A stretch of DNA of 64,000 bases from Flaccisagitta enflata (GCA_965153355.1 OZ231126.1:27590001-27654000); one strand, 5' to 3'; shown: positions 1 through 11,888, counted from the stretch's first letter. The notes: generated by a model not told the origin, from the sequence alone. Program-made: numbers and translations.

Positions 1-163
1 CCCTCAAGACTTTTCTTTCCACATTCAAAACTTTACGACGGCCGTGTACAATCGCGTGGTGGAGCCCAAACGTCAGGCCACCTTCGATTACGCATTCACG
101 CCCAACGAAGCCTTCGCCGGACGACCATTCGGACTCGTCATCAATCTTAATTACAAAGACGCT
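1..163 (+). CDS. SSR1: Translocon-associated protein alpha (TRAP-alpha), internal exon, truncated by window start
   Basis: Frame from nt 2 reads [54 protein letters not shown], matching the TRAP-alpha lumenal domain. Ends at phase-0 donor GTGAGT (164). Confidence 0.93.
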
Positions 164-322
164 GTGAGTATACCGAAAACAAGGTATCTTTGCTATGGCC
201 ATATGATGTGCATTGTGCAACTGCAGTGGGAATGATCAGCGATGTGTAACGTTTCTCTCGCTTAACTTAACTTGAATACTACTTGATAATGACAAATGGT
301 TGAAATTTTGTTCTTTCTTTAG

Positions 323-433
323 GATGGAAATGTTTGGCAGAACGCCGTTTACAACGACACCATCACCGTCAACGAACCCGATGAAGGCTTGGATGGAGAA
401 ACCTTTTTCCTCTACCTCTTCCTTGTTGCCATG
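323..433 (+). CDS. SSR1: TRAP-alpha exon (end of lumenal domain, start of TM helix)
   Basis: ttctttctttag acceptor; DGNVWQNAVYNDTITVNEPDEGLDGETFFLYLFLVAM contains the family EGLDGETxF motif; GTAATC donor; 111 nt, phase 0/0. Confidence 0.93.
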
Positions 434-755
434 GTAATCGTTAATGTTTAAGGATTAAGGATTTGGATAATGGATATCAGCCTTTGCCGTATATTTGAGA
501 AAATTGTACATCAGACGCGTTTGTAGGCGCAAAAGCGTTATATGACCAGGCTTAGTCGTCTGTTTTTCAGGGGCGTAGGTGGAGACCGATATGTAATTAG
601 GCAAATAAGGCTATCGAGCTGAGAGACCCTCGTTCATCAAACCATCGGTGAATTGCGTCGTTGACTTATCAGCATTTTTTCGCAGCGACGGCCTCGGCAC
701 CGAAGGTCGTTGACAAGGCTGATAATTTGCTTTTAAACAACTTTTATCTTATCAG

Positions 756-858
756 GTTGTTTTGCTTTTGGTCGCTGGTCAGCAGTTTTTAGGCTCGTTC
801 TCCCGCAAACATCTTGGGTCAGGATCGTCATCCGCTTCGAAAACTTTAACCGAGCCAG
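756..858 (+). CDS. SSR1: TRAP-alpha exon (end of TM helix, cytosolic tail)
   Basis: cttatcag acceptor; VVLLLVAGQQFLGSFSRKHLGSGSSSASKTLTEP+G; phase-1 donor GTTTGC matches the next exon. Confidence 0.88.
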
Positions 859-925
859 GTTTGCGCGCGTTCGTTTTATTGGTTTGTTCCTTTAATAAAG
901 TCTATTCATTTGTCTTTATTGTATC

Positions 926-1067
926 TTTTTAGTCGCGGACGAGCGACTCTATAAGAGGCTATGCCCGTCGGTCCGTCGGTGAGCACGAATCAAAAATTGG
1001 AAAAACCAGGGTTTCTGCCCCTGCCCACCCGTCCGCGACTGGTATCGGCCGTGTATCCGGCCTTGTT
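926..1067 (+). mobile_element. Short Helentron/DINE-1-like element (family I) in SSR1 intron
   Basis: T-run flanks; subterminal IR agtcgcggac...gtccgcgact; gtcc/gtcg microsatellite; 3' hairpin ggccgtgtatccggcc. Related copies occur across the window. Confidence 0.6.
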
Positions 1068-1109
1068 CCGTGGCTTTCGCTTCGCTGTCTATTTTGTCGT
1101 TGTATCCCG

Positions 1110-1640
1110 TCTTCCTGTCTCTTTCCTACTCCCTTCCTGTCTGACTTTCTTCCTGTCTGCCTCTTTCTTCCTGTCTGCCTCTTTCTTCCTGTCTGCCTCT
1201 TTCTTCCTGTCTGTCTTTCTTCCTGTCTGTCTTTCTTCCTGTCTGTCTTTCTTCCTGTCTTTCTTCCTGTCTGTCTTTCTTCCTGTCTGTCTTTCTTCCT
1301 GTCTGTCTTTCTTCCTGTCTGTCTTTCTTCCTGTCTGTCTTTCTTCCTGTCTGTCTTTCTTCCTGTCTGTCTTTCTTCCTGTCTCCTTCTGACTGTCACT
1401 CGTTCCGACTGTCCTTTGTCCTGACTGTCCTTCCTGACTGTCATTCTTACTGACTGTCCCTCTTTCTATCTGTCCCTCTTTCTATCTGTCCCTATTTCTG
1501 TTTGTCCTTCTTCCTGGCTGTCTATCTTGCTGTCTGTCTTTCTTTGTCTTTCTTTCTGTCTGTCTTTCTTCCTGTCTATCTTTCTTCCCTCTAGTCTAAT
1601 CTTTCTTTCTGTCCCCTTTTCCTACCTGTCTGTCTTCATG
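1110..1640. repeat. Pyrimidine-rich simple repeat (ctttcttcctgtctgt-like)
   Basis: Visible tandem units of about 16 nt that degenerate towards the 3' end. Confidence 0.9.
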
Positions 1641-1812
1641 TTTCTTTCCTTCTTATCGGTCATTTTTTCTTTTCTGACCTTTCTCTAATTTCGTCTCTTC
1701 TTTTTTTTTACTTGTCCTTTCTATCGATCTTTTTTTGTCCATTTTTCTACGTTACATATGTATGTAATCCTCGTCTTTTACATCCGCCGTCCTTTAATTT
1801 CCTTCCTTCCAG

Positions 1813-1970
1813 GTGTGGAGATGGGCACGCAGAATGGGGGATTTTCGGGCGCAAACGGCGACATCGACATGAGTTGGATTCCCACCCAAAATCTCGTCAC
1901 CCTCACCAACTCTGGAAGTCCCAAACAAAGTCCTCGACAGCGTAAAGCTGGAAAACGACGAGAAGACTGA
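1813..1970 (+). CDS. SSR1: TRAP-alpha terminal coding exon
   Basis: ccttccttccag acceptor; (G)VEMGTQNGGFSGANGDIDMSWIPTQNL...SPKQSPRQRKAGKRRED* carries the conserved VEMGT and DMSWIP motifs. Confidence 0.92.
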
Positions 1971-2713
1971 TTTCGAAATCCATTCGAGGACTCTTCTTTG
2001 GGGGGAATTCAGAGAGGATGGTGTCGGGAGGAATTATTCAATTAAGGATGTAGAGCAAAAGGAGCTCGAGGAGAAATTGGACTTGTTTTAGCTTCGTCCA
2101 ACGGAGGGAGGAGGTTTTTTTCTGGGGGGAGGGGGGAGAGTGAAAGGTGGCGAGGTTGAAAGAGTGAAACCTGCAAACTACGTCCTTGTTGAAATTGCCC
2201 ATTGAATTTGTTCATCATTCCCGTGGCATCTTTTATCACATCGAATTTGATCCACTTCATTCTTCATGGTCAAGCGAGCCCATTTGTTCGCCGCGTTTCT
2301 AGTGAGATAGAAGCTTCCCATTCCCCATCTTTCTTTTGTCACCATCTCCACACCCGATCACGCTTCAAAAAAGTTTCAACTTCATTGTCTTATGTAATTT
2401 TGAACACCGGAACAGAAGGAATTTTATCCTTATCGACAAGTTGTGTTATACCTCACGAATTTTCATGTAATTTTATTCGAATTGGAGCATCTTGAATCGG
2501 TTTTGCCATGTAGTCGCATCAAAATTAGTCAATTTACATGGCTTGGGACTAGTGAGAAATCCACCTCGTCTTCCATTTTCTTTGGGGGGGGGGGGTTGGT
2601 AGAACTTTTAATGAAGGGATAGATCGTTTCCATTCTTTTATACCGAATTTTCTCTTTTTAAGGAGTCGGTGGTACTGCAATTATGAAATTGTACTTTTGA
2701 TAAATGCTAGCCG

Positions 2714-2719
2714 AATAAA
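2714..2719 (+). promoter_or_regulatory. Probable SSR1 polyadenylation signal
   Basis: AATAAA ~740 nt after the stop codon, followed by GT-rich sequence. Confidence 0.55.
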
Positions 2720-2969
2720 TGTTTGTCGGAGAAGTGTTTGCAATGGAGGTAACCTGGTTTGTCGGAGAAGTGTTTGCAATGGAGGTAACCTTTCTGCCAT
2801 AGCCAACAAAAACCAGTAAATCAGGTGTTTTAGCTCTTATCTAGATAATTAGTGGTTTGCGGTTTGCGGTTGGTGTAGAGCAAAAGTCTGCCACTGCGCA
2901 TTGCACTGTAATTTAAATTATATAAGTCATTGGTTGCCTTAGAATCAATGTGCAGATCTCCAATATGTC

Positions 2970-3311
2970 CAGGCCTGATTTTAGAGCGAGCCCGCGAGCC
3001 CGATGCTTTTTATTTGGCTCTCGGGCTCTCATGTTTTGAGAACTCTGAGCCCGGCAGGCTCTCTCTCTCTCTTATTGAAAAGGATTTAAAGCACTCAAGC
3101 TGATTGAGTGAAATATTTGAAAAAGCATCTAGTTTTGAGCTGTTTGATTGTTTCACCTAGCGAATCATCTGTTCAGAGATTGTAATATCATTTTATCATC
3201 TTATCAGATACTATATAATTACAAATCTAGGCTGATATGATCTAAATATTTGGCAATTGTAGAGAGCGGGCCCGGTTGGCTCAGTCAAAAGAATCACTAG
3301 AATCAGGTCTG
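2970..3311. mobile_element. hAT-like MITE
   Basis: TIRs caggcctgattttag...ctagaatcaggtctg; 8-bp TSD aatatgtc at 2962-2969 and 3312-3319. Confidence 0.8.
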
Positions 3312-4157
3312 AATATGTCGGAAAGACTGAGCAGCTATTTACTTTCGAACCTCAAGAACTTTATTTGAAAAATGAGGAAGTGAGGTGTCAATCTATCGGA
3401 AGTTGTCTCGCATTCCTATTAGCTATACTCAATTAGTCCACATCCTCTTCTTCATCCGTGTTTTCGTCTTATGCTTACTTGAAGTCACTATACTTATTTT
3501 TTGTCCCCGACGAACAGTTTTCGTCGGTGACTATGAAGTAGCAGTGATACGTAGTCTGTTTGTTTGTTCGTTTGTTTGTCGTCGTCGTTTAAAACCTTCT
3601 CATATCTTTTGAACCAGACCTCAGAAGTTCATGAAACTTTACCAGTGGTATTTTTATGTCAATGGGAGCTTGTGTACCAATTTTCAGAAAAATTCATAAA
3701 CTTTTACTACCCTTTGCCTATTATTTTTGTAGTAATATTTTACTAGACTTAGGCGATTTCCATAGGTAGAGGGTAGTAAACCTATGTGAATTTTTTTTTA
3801 ATTTGGTATACAAGCACAGGGTATTAAACAAACAACCCCTGCAAAATTTGAATTAAATCTGAGGTCTGGTTCATGAAATATTACCTTATTTATATAGTAA
3901 TATGTTACTAGGACTTAGGCAATTTACATAGGCAAAGGGTAGTAAAGGCATGTGAATTTTTTTTTAATTTGGTATATTAGTAAAGGATGTCAATTCAACA
4001 GCCCCTGCAAAATTTGAATTAAATCTGAGGTCTGGTGTATGAGATATTAGCTTTTTTTTATTTATGTAATATGTTACTAGGACTTAAGCAATTTATAAAA
4101 TGGATTTGATTGATGAAAATTTTTACTTGTTCATTCATAACATTCTGTTTTTCTTTA

Positions 4158-4444
4158 GGTTTGCCATCATGGATCATAAGGTATGCCATCATGGATCTCA
4201 AGTTATGCCATCATGGACTTCTACGTATGCCACCATGGACTTCAAGGTATGCCACCACGGACTTCAAGGTATGCCACCACGGACTTCTAGGTATGCCACC
4301 ACGGACTTCTAGGTATGCCACCATGGACTTCTAGGTATGCCACAATGGACTGCAAGGTATGTCACCATGGTCTTCAAGGTATGCCACCATGGTCTTCAAG
4401 GTATGCCGCCATGAACTTCAAGGTATACCATCATGGACTTCAGG
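4158..4444. repeat. 22-bp minisatellite (ggtatgccaccatggacttcaa) inside family A copy 1
   Basis: About 13 head-to-tail units. Confidence 0.9.
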
Positions 4445-4671
4445 ATATTTGAAAATTTTTTGGAAAAATTTTTTGGAAAAATTTTTTTGAAATTTTTTTT
4501 TAAAAATTTTTTTGGAAATTTTTTTTTGAATTTTTTTGAAATTTTTTTGAAATTTTTTTTGAAACAATTTTAAATTTTTTTTTTTTTGAAATTTTTTTTG
4601 TAGAATTTTTTTGAAATTTTTTTTTAAAATTTGTGTTTTTTTTTTAGGTTTGCCATCATGGATTTCAAGAT

Positions 4672-5228
4672 TCATCTTCAACTACTGTAATCATCATCAA
4701 CTTCTGACATCATCATTAACTATGGTCATCATCATCAACTTCTGACATCATCAACTACTGTCATCATCATCAACTACTGTCATCATCATCAACTTCTGAC
4801 ATCATCAACTACCGTCATCATCATCAACTGCTGTCAACATCATCAACTACTGTCATCATCATCAACTACTGTCATCATCATCAACTACTGTCATCATCAT
4901 CAACTACTGTCATCATCAACTACTGTCATCATCATCAACTACTGTCATCATCATCAACTACTGTCATCATCATCAACTACTGTCATCATCATCAACTACT
5001 GTCATCATCATCAACTACTGTCATCATCATCAACTACTGTCATCATCATCAACTACTGTCATCATCATCAACTACAACCTCATCATCAACTACTGTCCTC
5101 ATCATCAACTACTGTCATCATCATCAACTACTGTCGTCATCATCAACTACTGTCATCATCATCAACTACTGTCGTCATCATCAACTACTATTGTCATCAT
5201 CAACAACAGTCGTCATCATTATCAACTA
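4672..5228. repeat. 19-bp minisatellite (caactactgtcatcatcat) inside family A copy 1
   Basis: Long tandem array, directly visible. Confidence 0.9.
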
Positions 5229-5717
5229 AAAAAGCAACAGGGAAAAGCATGTTTCACTTGCGTTTTCAGAGGATAATCTAGAAGAGGATAATCATTCTTT
5301 GATTTGGTGAGTGATATTTGTTTTTTGAAAATTTTTTTTGAAAATTTTGTTTGAAAATTTTTTTGATTTTTTTTTTTTTGAAATTTTTTTCAAAAATGTT
5401 TGAATATTTTTTTTCTTTGATTTTTGTTGTCATTATCATTCATTGTTGTCATCATCATCATCCACTATTGTTATCATTATCAAGTTTTGTCATCATTAAA
5501 ACAATACTGAATATTTTTTTTTTTTTTTTTTTTAAATTGCTGTTTTGTCATGTATCTCATCGAGTTGCGTTTACGCAACGAGAAAGCTTCAAAAATTACA
5601 GTCCCCAGTCGGGGACTGTAATTTTGAAGCTTTTTTGATATTCTTTCTGAGCTGCGATAGCCATGAGACCCTTTCTTTCGCCATCCGCGTCGGTCGGCTT
5701 TTGAGTTAGTGAGTCTC

Positions 5718-7028
5718 CACAGCGTTACGATACATAGACAAAGACAATTTTGAGTGCCCAGAGCTGGGAGTGGTTCAGAAGTGTTCTATGATACTTGGTG
5801 AATACCAATCACCTGGTGGTAAATTTTTTTGAAAGCAAAATTTTGGAAAAATGTTTTTTTAGGCAAAAAAAAGGTGTTTTTAAGCATTTTTTAGCATCAA
5901 ATTGTGAATGTAGCTTTAAAAATACTAAAAAATACTATAAATGCGTTGTTATCATTGAAGTATACACACTTTTACCTTGAACAGCAAGTTACATGAGATA
6001 TTTTAAAGATTAAAACTTAATAAAAGCCTATAAATAGTAAAATATTGATTTTTTTGATTGAAATTTGATTAGGCAGCTTCAAAAATCTTGGAAAATCCTG
6101 GAAATGTCTGGTAATAGTTTAAGAACAAATGCTTTAACCCTGAACAGTAGGTAATTTTGGATATTTTCAAGTTTACAGCTCAAAAATAGCCTAATAAACA
6201 CTTATTATTGATTTTTTTTTTAGTTTTGACTAAGAAAATATTTAAAAAAACTGTCTATTAAAAGTAAAAATATTTATACTTCAACTATTACCACATAGCG
6301 CTTGTATCATTCAAGATTCTATAAGCTGCATAAACAATATTAGCTTAACATATAAAAAAAATAGATATTTTGCCTATTTCAGGTTAATTTTAGGCTTTAA
6401 ACTTCAAAGTATCCCAAACTGCTCGCTATTCAGGGTAAAAATATTTAAACTTTATTTGTCATATTTGACATATCCAAAATTTTTAAGGATTTTTGGATCT
6501 GTGTGAACAAAATTTAGCATATAAATGCTTAAAAAAAACAGTATTTTTTTATTTTTAGGCTTTTTTTTAGCTCCAATCTTGAAATATCCTTATAAACTTG
6601 TTGTTCAGGGTAAGTGTATTTCTACTTTAACTATTACTACACATTTCCAGTATTTTCTTAGGTTTTTGAAGCTGCATAATCAAATCTAGGCTTTAATATA
6701 CTTTAAAAAACATATTTTTATTCTTTTTAAGCTCTAATCTTAAAAATATTGCAAGAAACTTGCTGTATTGGGTTTAAGTATGTGTATTCTAACTATAAAT
6801 ACCCATTTCCAGTATATTTGGGGATATTTGAAGCTGCTTTAACAATTTTTTGCTGAAAAAATGCTGAAAATGCCCTTTTTTTTGCATAAAAAATTGTTTT
6901 CAAAATTTTGCTTTCAAAAAAATTTACCACTGGGTGATTGATCTTCACAAAGTACCATAGGACACTTCTGAACCACTCCCAGCTCTGGGCACTCAAAGTT
7001 GTCTTTGTCTATGTATCGTAACGCTGTG
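5718..7028. mobile_element. Foldback non-autonomous DNA transposon with CAC...GTG termini (Chapaev-like; Transib-like not excluded)
   Basis: Long TIRs starting cacagcgttacgatacatagacaaagac and ending gtctttgtctatgtatcgtaacgctgtg; 4-bp TSD tctc on both sides. Confidence 0.8.
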
Positions 7029-7135
7029 TCTCGTTAAAATCCGCGGCAGCTACCAACTTAATTAGCCTAGTCTTTTAACGGGTCACGGGTTGTTTCCCCG
7101 GTTCACGAGCTATTTCGGTGATGTTTGTATTTTTA

Positions 7136-8129
7136 CAGGGTGTTTCACGCGTTTTGAGGTTTAAAGAATCGACATAGCTTTCTCCTAGAAAAGTTATTCC
7201 AATTCTGAAAAAAGGTCTGAATAGATCTTGAAGTGCAGTTTTTTTATGTCACCAATTTTTTACACCTGCGCTTTTAAATATGCCCACTATGTAAGTTTGA
7301 AGAAAACATCCATATCCAGCATGCATCTTTAATCCGGATAATTATGGCAAAAAAAATGGAAATTACTTGTTTGTTAGCGTTTTACATCCAAGCAATAAGA
7401 AAAAACATAGCAAAATCCATGACCATCTTGAAGCTCTGTGAAAGATCTTTCCAATGAGACCTTGCTGGTTGTCATATCTCTATCCGTTTAGAAATGGCAG
7501 AAGAATGAAGACAGGTGGTCAAGAATTTGGAAAGTCAGTTACACTTGATTTCCATGGGCTATCTTTATTGTAACATAGAAATTGAACAAATTTAGTTGGA
7601 AATTTGTTCTTGGCTCCATTTCATAGAAAATTCATGGCTCTTTAATTTGCTCATGGATATCGAGTAGCTAAGACAATCCTGAGTTCGTAATTGACAAAAA
7701 CGAAAAGAGTAAAATTTCTCGATGGAAAAAAAATTGAAAGGAGCATTTTTTTCAATTTGTGATTTTTTTCTTTTATCTTTTGCCATTTCTAAATGAATGA
7801 AGCTACAATGTCCTGCAACGTCGCGTTTTGAAGTTTTTTTACAGAGCTTTTAAACAGTCATGGATTTTCTGTAGTTCAGGCCAATAGTTGACCAGAAACT
7901 AGTAAAAGAAGTTGTCCATTTTTTTCTTTACCATGGTTAGTTAACTGGATAATGTTGTTTACTTTAAACTCCCGTAGCTCCCAAGCTAAAAAACGCAAAT
8001 ACAAAAAATTGGTGACATAAAAAAACTGCACTTCAAGATCTATTCAGACCTTTTTTCAGAATTGGAATAGCTTTTCTAGAAGAAAAGCTATGTCGATTCT
8101 TTAAACCTCAAAACGCGTGAAACACCCTG
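7136..8129. mobile_element. Tc1/mariner-like MITE
   Basis: ~125-bp TIRs cagggtgtttcacgcgttttgagg...cctcaaaacgcgtgaaacaccctg; TA TSD on both sides. Confidence 0.85.
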
Positions 8130-9035
8130 TACGTTGAAACCTGAAAATGAAGCCTGAAAATGAATGATGCTCAAGAAAAACGATTCTCTTAATTAGATTT
8201 CCACGTGAAGGTTTTCTCTCCCTGGGTGTCTTCGTTTCCGCCTCTCCCAAGAGTGGTCTCCTGCTTGGGATTTTCTCAGGATTGAACTCCCTTATTGGAC
8301 ACCCTAATCCCCTTCCGCCGACCTACCCTTCCTTTTAGCTTTATCTGCTTATCCGACTGTCCCCATTCACCTATACCCAGCCTCCCATGTTGCACACCGC
8401 TCTTTTGAACCTTCAAATCCTAGTGATACACCTACCACGCCACATAATGCCTTCCACCCACCCACACTTTGGAAATACTAGCTCACATTTTGCGCTGACA
8501 TAACCTCGCCTCACTTAGCTCCCGACTGGTACTCTCCGACCCCCTCCTTTCGGACTTCACCCCCTTCCCCCCTCATCCGACATCGAGCTGCTCCCATGCC
8601 CGGGACGTGAGTGAGAGTTTATCACCGCAGAGACGGCTGTACTGCTCCTCCCCCGTGATCGATACACGAGAAACTCCGACGGACTCGCTCGAACAGTAAA
8701 AAGTTTTTGTGTGAGTCTCGAAATAAACTAAACGTCTGTTTTGTCCTAAAGAAAAAACATTTCTTCCCCCTGGACATGAATTGAGTACTTATATACAAAA
8801 AGCGAAAAACAGAAGAAGAAAATTTCAGAAATCTGCGCAACGTCTTTTGCACTCTCTCTTTCGTTTCCCCTCTGGTCTCCAGCGACTTGGGGTTGATCTC
8901 TAGGTTTCTCTCTCCCTCACATCACACACATTCCTCGATCATCTTCCCCCATCCTCTCCACCAGCCTGGTTTTCCTCATCGAAAAATAAAAAAAGAGTAC
9001 GAAAACTTCCATCTTCGTCTGCTATATCTTTTTGG

Positions 9036-9151
9036 ATGGTCTTCAGCAGCGTCAGCAGCCCCTCGTCGTCGGCGGCGGCAGCGTCCAGTGACAGCATCTC
9101 CGCGGAGGATCATCATCATCATCCGCATCATCCTAACATCTCTTATTCAAG
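9036..9151 (+). CDS. Candidate first coding exon (or uORF) of a long downstream gene
   Basis: ATG-initiated MVFSSVSSPSSSAAAASSDSISAEDHHHHPHHPNISYS+AG ending at a strong AAG|GTGAGG donor (phase 2), in unique CpG-rich sequence. Confidence 0.4.
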
Positions 9152-9650
9152 GTGAGGTTTCTTCGTTTTTAAAGGATCTATGAATATCTTCCACCGGCGC
9201 TGCAGAGCCGCCTTAAATCAAGTTTTTCAGATATCTTTTTTTTGCTCGCCTAGAAAATCCGTTGCTCGCGAATCTAATGGGGAGATAAAAATAATGAAAA
9301 AATTAAAAGAAAGATTTGTTCAACCACTTGAAAGTAATCCATCCATCACCGCCTCAAAATCATCATAACATCGTGAGATTCAACACCGAACAGCGTCTCT
9401 CATGCGGCGTCAACCAGTTTGATTGTTAGATTGTAACCATGAGTGTTTTCTATGACAATTTTCCCTCTCCTTTGCTCTTTTCTCCACGATCTCTCCCATG
9501 CTCCATTGCGCGCGCGTTCTAGAGAAACCAACCCAGTCACTTCTTTTAATGATAGATTGATAATGATCTTATTCTCAATAAGGCGTACATCCAGATTGTT
9601 ACTCCGCCTTGTCTCACTTTATATTGTCTTTCTTTCTCTGTATTACGCAG

Positions 9651-9904
9651 ATTCCTCGCTCTCTTTCATTGAACTACCTCCCGTCGAACGACGAGAAGAA
9701 ATTCGAACAATTGGGAGCAAATCTTGTGTTTTGGTGACTCAGAAACTGGATCAAATCCAAGGCGTTGTCGGATAAACATAATTCCAACAATTTGAAACAG
9801 AAAGGCCGGGGGCATAAAGCGGAAGGGGGAAGCTCGGCGAGATTCATGGATTAATGCGGATCTTCGACGCGTGGTTCCATATCAAACGCTTCTTTTCATG
9901 CTAG
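9651..9904 (+). other. Candidate mostly untranslated exon
   Basis: Pyrimidine tract plus cgcag acceptor ending at 9650; TAG|GTAAGT donor at 9905; all three frames closed, apart from a terminal ATG CTA G (phase 1). Confidence 0.4.
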
Positions 9905-10740
9905 GTAAGTTTAAGAGGGATGTTTTAAGTTTGGGAAAGAAAATCAAAATAGGTAAAGTTCTCTGACGACATCATATAAATTTGGCAAAATAAGAGCTTC
10001 GTTACTACAGTTATCACGGATCCAGGAGTAATGGGAATCCGCTTATAACGAATGTGGATTTTTAGTCCTTTTGTATTGATTTCTTATAAGTTCTACTTGG
10101 ATAGAAATTGTTTGTTGACATTCGTTCTTGCAGGGTTAAACTGAAACGTTCTGCAATCCCTGTAACATCACAACCAAACAATTCTTTGGGCTTACAAATC
10201 TTAAAACAAACCCTAAAGTATAGTTGAATTAGTGGTTATGAGCGCCAAAACTTGTTTTTGTGTGGGACCGAGGTGATCTAATTTCATTTAATCGTTAAGG
10301 AGTGCCTTTCCTCTGGCGGTACATACTTGTTATTTGCTGCTATTTGTTACTCAATCGGTATCCTCTGTTGCCTTAGTGGTTGTTGTTCTTAAAAATCTCT
10401 TATTTAGTTCTTACTTGTGTGTTGGGTAGTATACATATACAGGCTTCATCTAGGTAGTTGGAATGCATGGCGGTATATAAGTTGGTCCGTTCGTTGGTCC
10501 GTCCGTCGGTCAGTCCGTCCGTGGTATTAGTCAAAAAGCGGAAAAAAGAGCGTTTAAAACACGTTGTGTAAGTTTGTCTGTGTGGGAGTGGGGGTTGGGG
10601 TGTGGATGGGGTCTACCAATCCGCAACAATAATGCTTCCCCGCGACACTTGTTCTCTGACGATTTTCTTTGACGATTGCAGTTCTGTATATAATTGAGTT
10701 CAAAGGGTTTGCAGATGGGGAAGGAAATCAAAGGGGCTGC

Positions 10741-11846
10741 CAGTCGCCCAAGGGCAATATGTGGTCAGCGTTACCCGTTGCTCTGCTTTGCATGATTGTA
10801 AGTTGGAATAAGAGGAAGCAGGGCAGCGGCCCTAAAGGGAACAATGTCCTGTACAACACGGGGGGACTTTTGTTTGTTCATTTGTTCATCCGTCCATCTG
10901 AGCGTCCCCCCCCGGCCCTCTCAGGCCTGAAATCTGCCCTTTCAGGCCCTGAATCTGTGAGGGCAGGTTTATGACTGGAGAGGACAGACTTCAAGCTTGA
11001 TAGGGCTGATTACAGGTCTGAGAGGGCTGGGGGGGGGGGGATGGAGGAACAAACGGATGGATGAACGAACAAATGAATAAAACTCACCCTGCGTTCTACA
11101 GGACTAAGCCCTCTTCGGGGCCACTGCCGAAAAAAGAGAAAACAGGTCGCCCAAGGGCAATATGTGGTCAGCGATACCCGTTGCCCTGCTGTGCATGATT
11201 GTAAATTTGAGTGAGGGGAGGCAGGGCAGCGGCCCCGAAGGGGACGAAGTCCTGTAGAACACAGGGGGACTTTCGTTCGTCCGTTCGTTCGTCCGTCCAT
11301 TTGGGCTGAATTTAGGTCTAAGAGGGCTGATGTAAGGCCAGAAAGCCAGTTGGGGGCTTGAATGGGCTGACTTGAGGCTTGAAAGAGCTGGATTAAGGCT
11401 TGGAAGGCCATAGAGAACTGACTTGAGGATCAAATAGCTGATTTGAGGCTTGAGAGGCCTGATTTGAGGCTTGAGAGGCCTAATTTGAGGCAAGAGGTTG
11501 GATTTGAGGCCTAAGAGGCCAGATTTGAGGCTTGAGAGGCCAGATTTGAGGCCTGAGAGGCCAGATAAAAGGCCTGAGAGGCTATATTTGAGGCCTAAGA
11601 GGCCAAATTTGAGGCCTAAGAGGCTAGATTCGAGGCCTGAGAGGCCAGATTGTAGCCTGAGAGGTCTGGTTTGAGGCCTGAGAGCCAGATTTGAGGTTGA
11701 GAGGCCTGATTTGAGGTCCTGAGAGCCAGATTTGAGGCTCAGGGGTGAGGGAGGTCTCACGCACGTGCACAGATGCCTGACAGAGCGACGAGCGAAAGTC
11801 TGTGTTCTACAGAGACTTCGTCCCCTTCGGGGCCGCTGCCCAAAAA
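10741..11846. mobile_element. Two adjacent copies of repeat family D (gggcagcggccccgaagggg inverted repeats, internal 21-bp tandem repeats), probably Helentron-associated
   Basis: Each copy runs gtcgcccaagggcaatatgtggtcagcg ... gggcagcggccc ... (aggcctgagaggccagatttg)n ... cttcggggccgctgcccaaaaa. Confidence 0.7.
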
Positions 11847-11888
11847 GAAAATATGGGGAAATTATAACTTCCCAAATCATAATAGTCC

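Larger units (their letters stand above)
3497..5636 (+). mobile_element. Helentron-associated/DINE-1-like non-autonomous element (family A, copy 1)
   Basis: 5' T-run plus gtccccgacgaa...ttcgtcggtgac hairpin; gttt microsatellite; ~166-bp central repeats; 3' palindrome aaagcttcaaaaattacagtcccc-agtc-ggggactgtaattttgaagcttt; no TSD. Two further copies in window. Confidence 0.75.

Noticed and set aside
959-1444. ORFs with RKTDRKK or SCLSFFL repeats
   Set aside because: These are translations of a simple repeat inside an SSR1 intron.
4158-4444. 22-bp array as a CRISPR-like locus
   Set aside because: Units are head-to-tail with no unique spacers, there are no cas genes, and the context is eukaryotic.
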